Below, piece by piece: positions 37,672-38,240 of a stretch of DNA of 38,240 nucleotides. Each line of letters starts with the position of its first letter. Within the stretch, counting starts at the first letter, position 1. The notes beneath the pieces are model-generated. The model was given only the letters and a program-made list of their open reading frames with translations, had not been told where the DNA came from and did no database searches. The translations under genes were made by a program, and so were the position numbers. The stretch comes from a virus (taxonomy: Duplodnaviria > Caudoviricetes), in the IMG/VR virus record IMGVR_UViG_3300042923_000172, positions 1 through 38,240 of that record. One strand, given 5' to 3'.

Positions 37672-37824
37672 ATGAAAAAGGTTGTTATTGGAGTGAATCC
37701 AAATGGTGAATACTATGTAATTAGTTGTCCTAAAAAAATCATTGTAGAGTTTAAACAACAAAAGAAAAAGACATTGAAAAGGAAACTAAAAACCATTTGG
37801 TACAAAATTAAAGCGAGGGTTTAA
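37672..37824 (+). CDS. Hypothetical basic protein (50 aa)
   Basis: MKKVVIGVNPNGEYY...; RBS GAGGAGG. Confidence 0.55.
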   Translation: MKKVVIGVNPNGEYYVISCPKKIIVEFKQQKKKTLKRKLKTIWYKIKARV

Positions 37825-37898
37825 CCTTTGCTTTTTTTGTTTGCATATTGAATACAATTTGTATACAATGTAGATACAAACATAAAGGAGTGATTACA

Positions 37899-38126
37899 TT
37901 GGCAGAAAATTTCAGAACGGCCAAGTTAGAAAAATTCATCGCAAAACAAGTGGGGTTAATGGAACATCAACAACGGACAATTGAAGGTGCTAAAAAACAA
38001 GGTATCGCTGAATCTGTACTTTCAATTCTTCAAACAAACCAAACAGTAACATATAACTACACATTTGATTTGTGCCGAGAGTTTGGGATTGAAATGCCTC
38101 ATGTTTTAGGGGTTACGCCAAAATGA
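37899..38126 (+). CDS. Hypothetical protein, translationally coupled (ATGA) to the HNH gene across the circular junction
   Basis: TTG start after AAAGGAG. Confidence 0.6.
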   Translation: MAENFRTAKLEKFIAKQVGLMEHQQRTIEGAKKQGIAESVLSILQTNQTVTYNYTFDLCREFGIEMPHVLGVTPK

Positions 38127-38240
38127 TAGGAAAGAGGTTTGAAAGATTAACCGTTGTTGATTATGTTGGTTTGGATAAATATAAATTAAAAATTTGGAAA
38201 TGTATTTGCGATTGTGGAAACACAAAAAACGTTAAAGGAA

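Noticed and set aside
48-37761. Minus-strand ORFs of 60 aa or more in the supplied track (e.g. 692-949, 7772-8173, 23634-24011, 34164-34427)
   Set aside because: They are shadows of + strand genes or lack an RBS and protein-like composition.
38114-38240. 127-bp terminal repeat as a biological direct terminal repeat
   Set aside because: The length matches a standard assembler k-mer overlap and the repeat falls mid-gene; it indicates circularity only.

Overview
The window is an essentially complete circular genome of a Bacillaceae-type siphovirus. Bases 1-127 are identical to 38114-38240, so the unit length is about 38,113 bp. Almost all genes lie on the + strand, in this order: recombination/replication (Gp157, ERF, SSB, lambda-O/DnaD-type initiator with internal iterons, loader, DnaB), nucleotide metabolism (ThyX, MazG-like, dCMP deaminase) and RusA, packaging and HK97-type head, a non-contractile tail with a -1 frameshifted chaperone, lysis (XhlA, GH24 lysozyme, holin), then an accessory arm. 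I could not recognise an integrase, CI-type repressor, ParA or DNA methyltransferase. Main observations: (1) six copies of a degenerate 30-bp site (11-bp arm / 8-bp core / 11-bp arm; TTAR(T/C)GAACAAT...) delimit compositionally foreign single-ORF cassettes, and one cassette is fused in frame into the tailspike gene, like an integron or pdif cassette system with no encoded recombinase; (2) an FtsK/VirD4-like ATPase, a Replic_Relax relaxase-like protein and a VirB2-like membrane protein form a module flanked by two antisense membrane micropeptide genes that share a sigmaF/sigmaG-like promoter; (3) the tail hub gene appears split in two, and its first half shares a C-terminal Trp motif with the head-closure protein; (4) the backbone is strongly GGCC/CCGG-rich and CT-poor, and the genome encodes a PAPS-reductase-like PP-loop enzyme. 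All family calls come from motif recognition by eye, not database searches.
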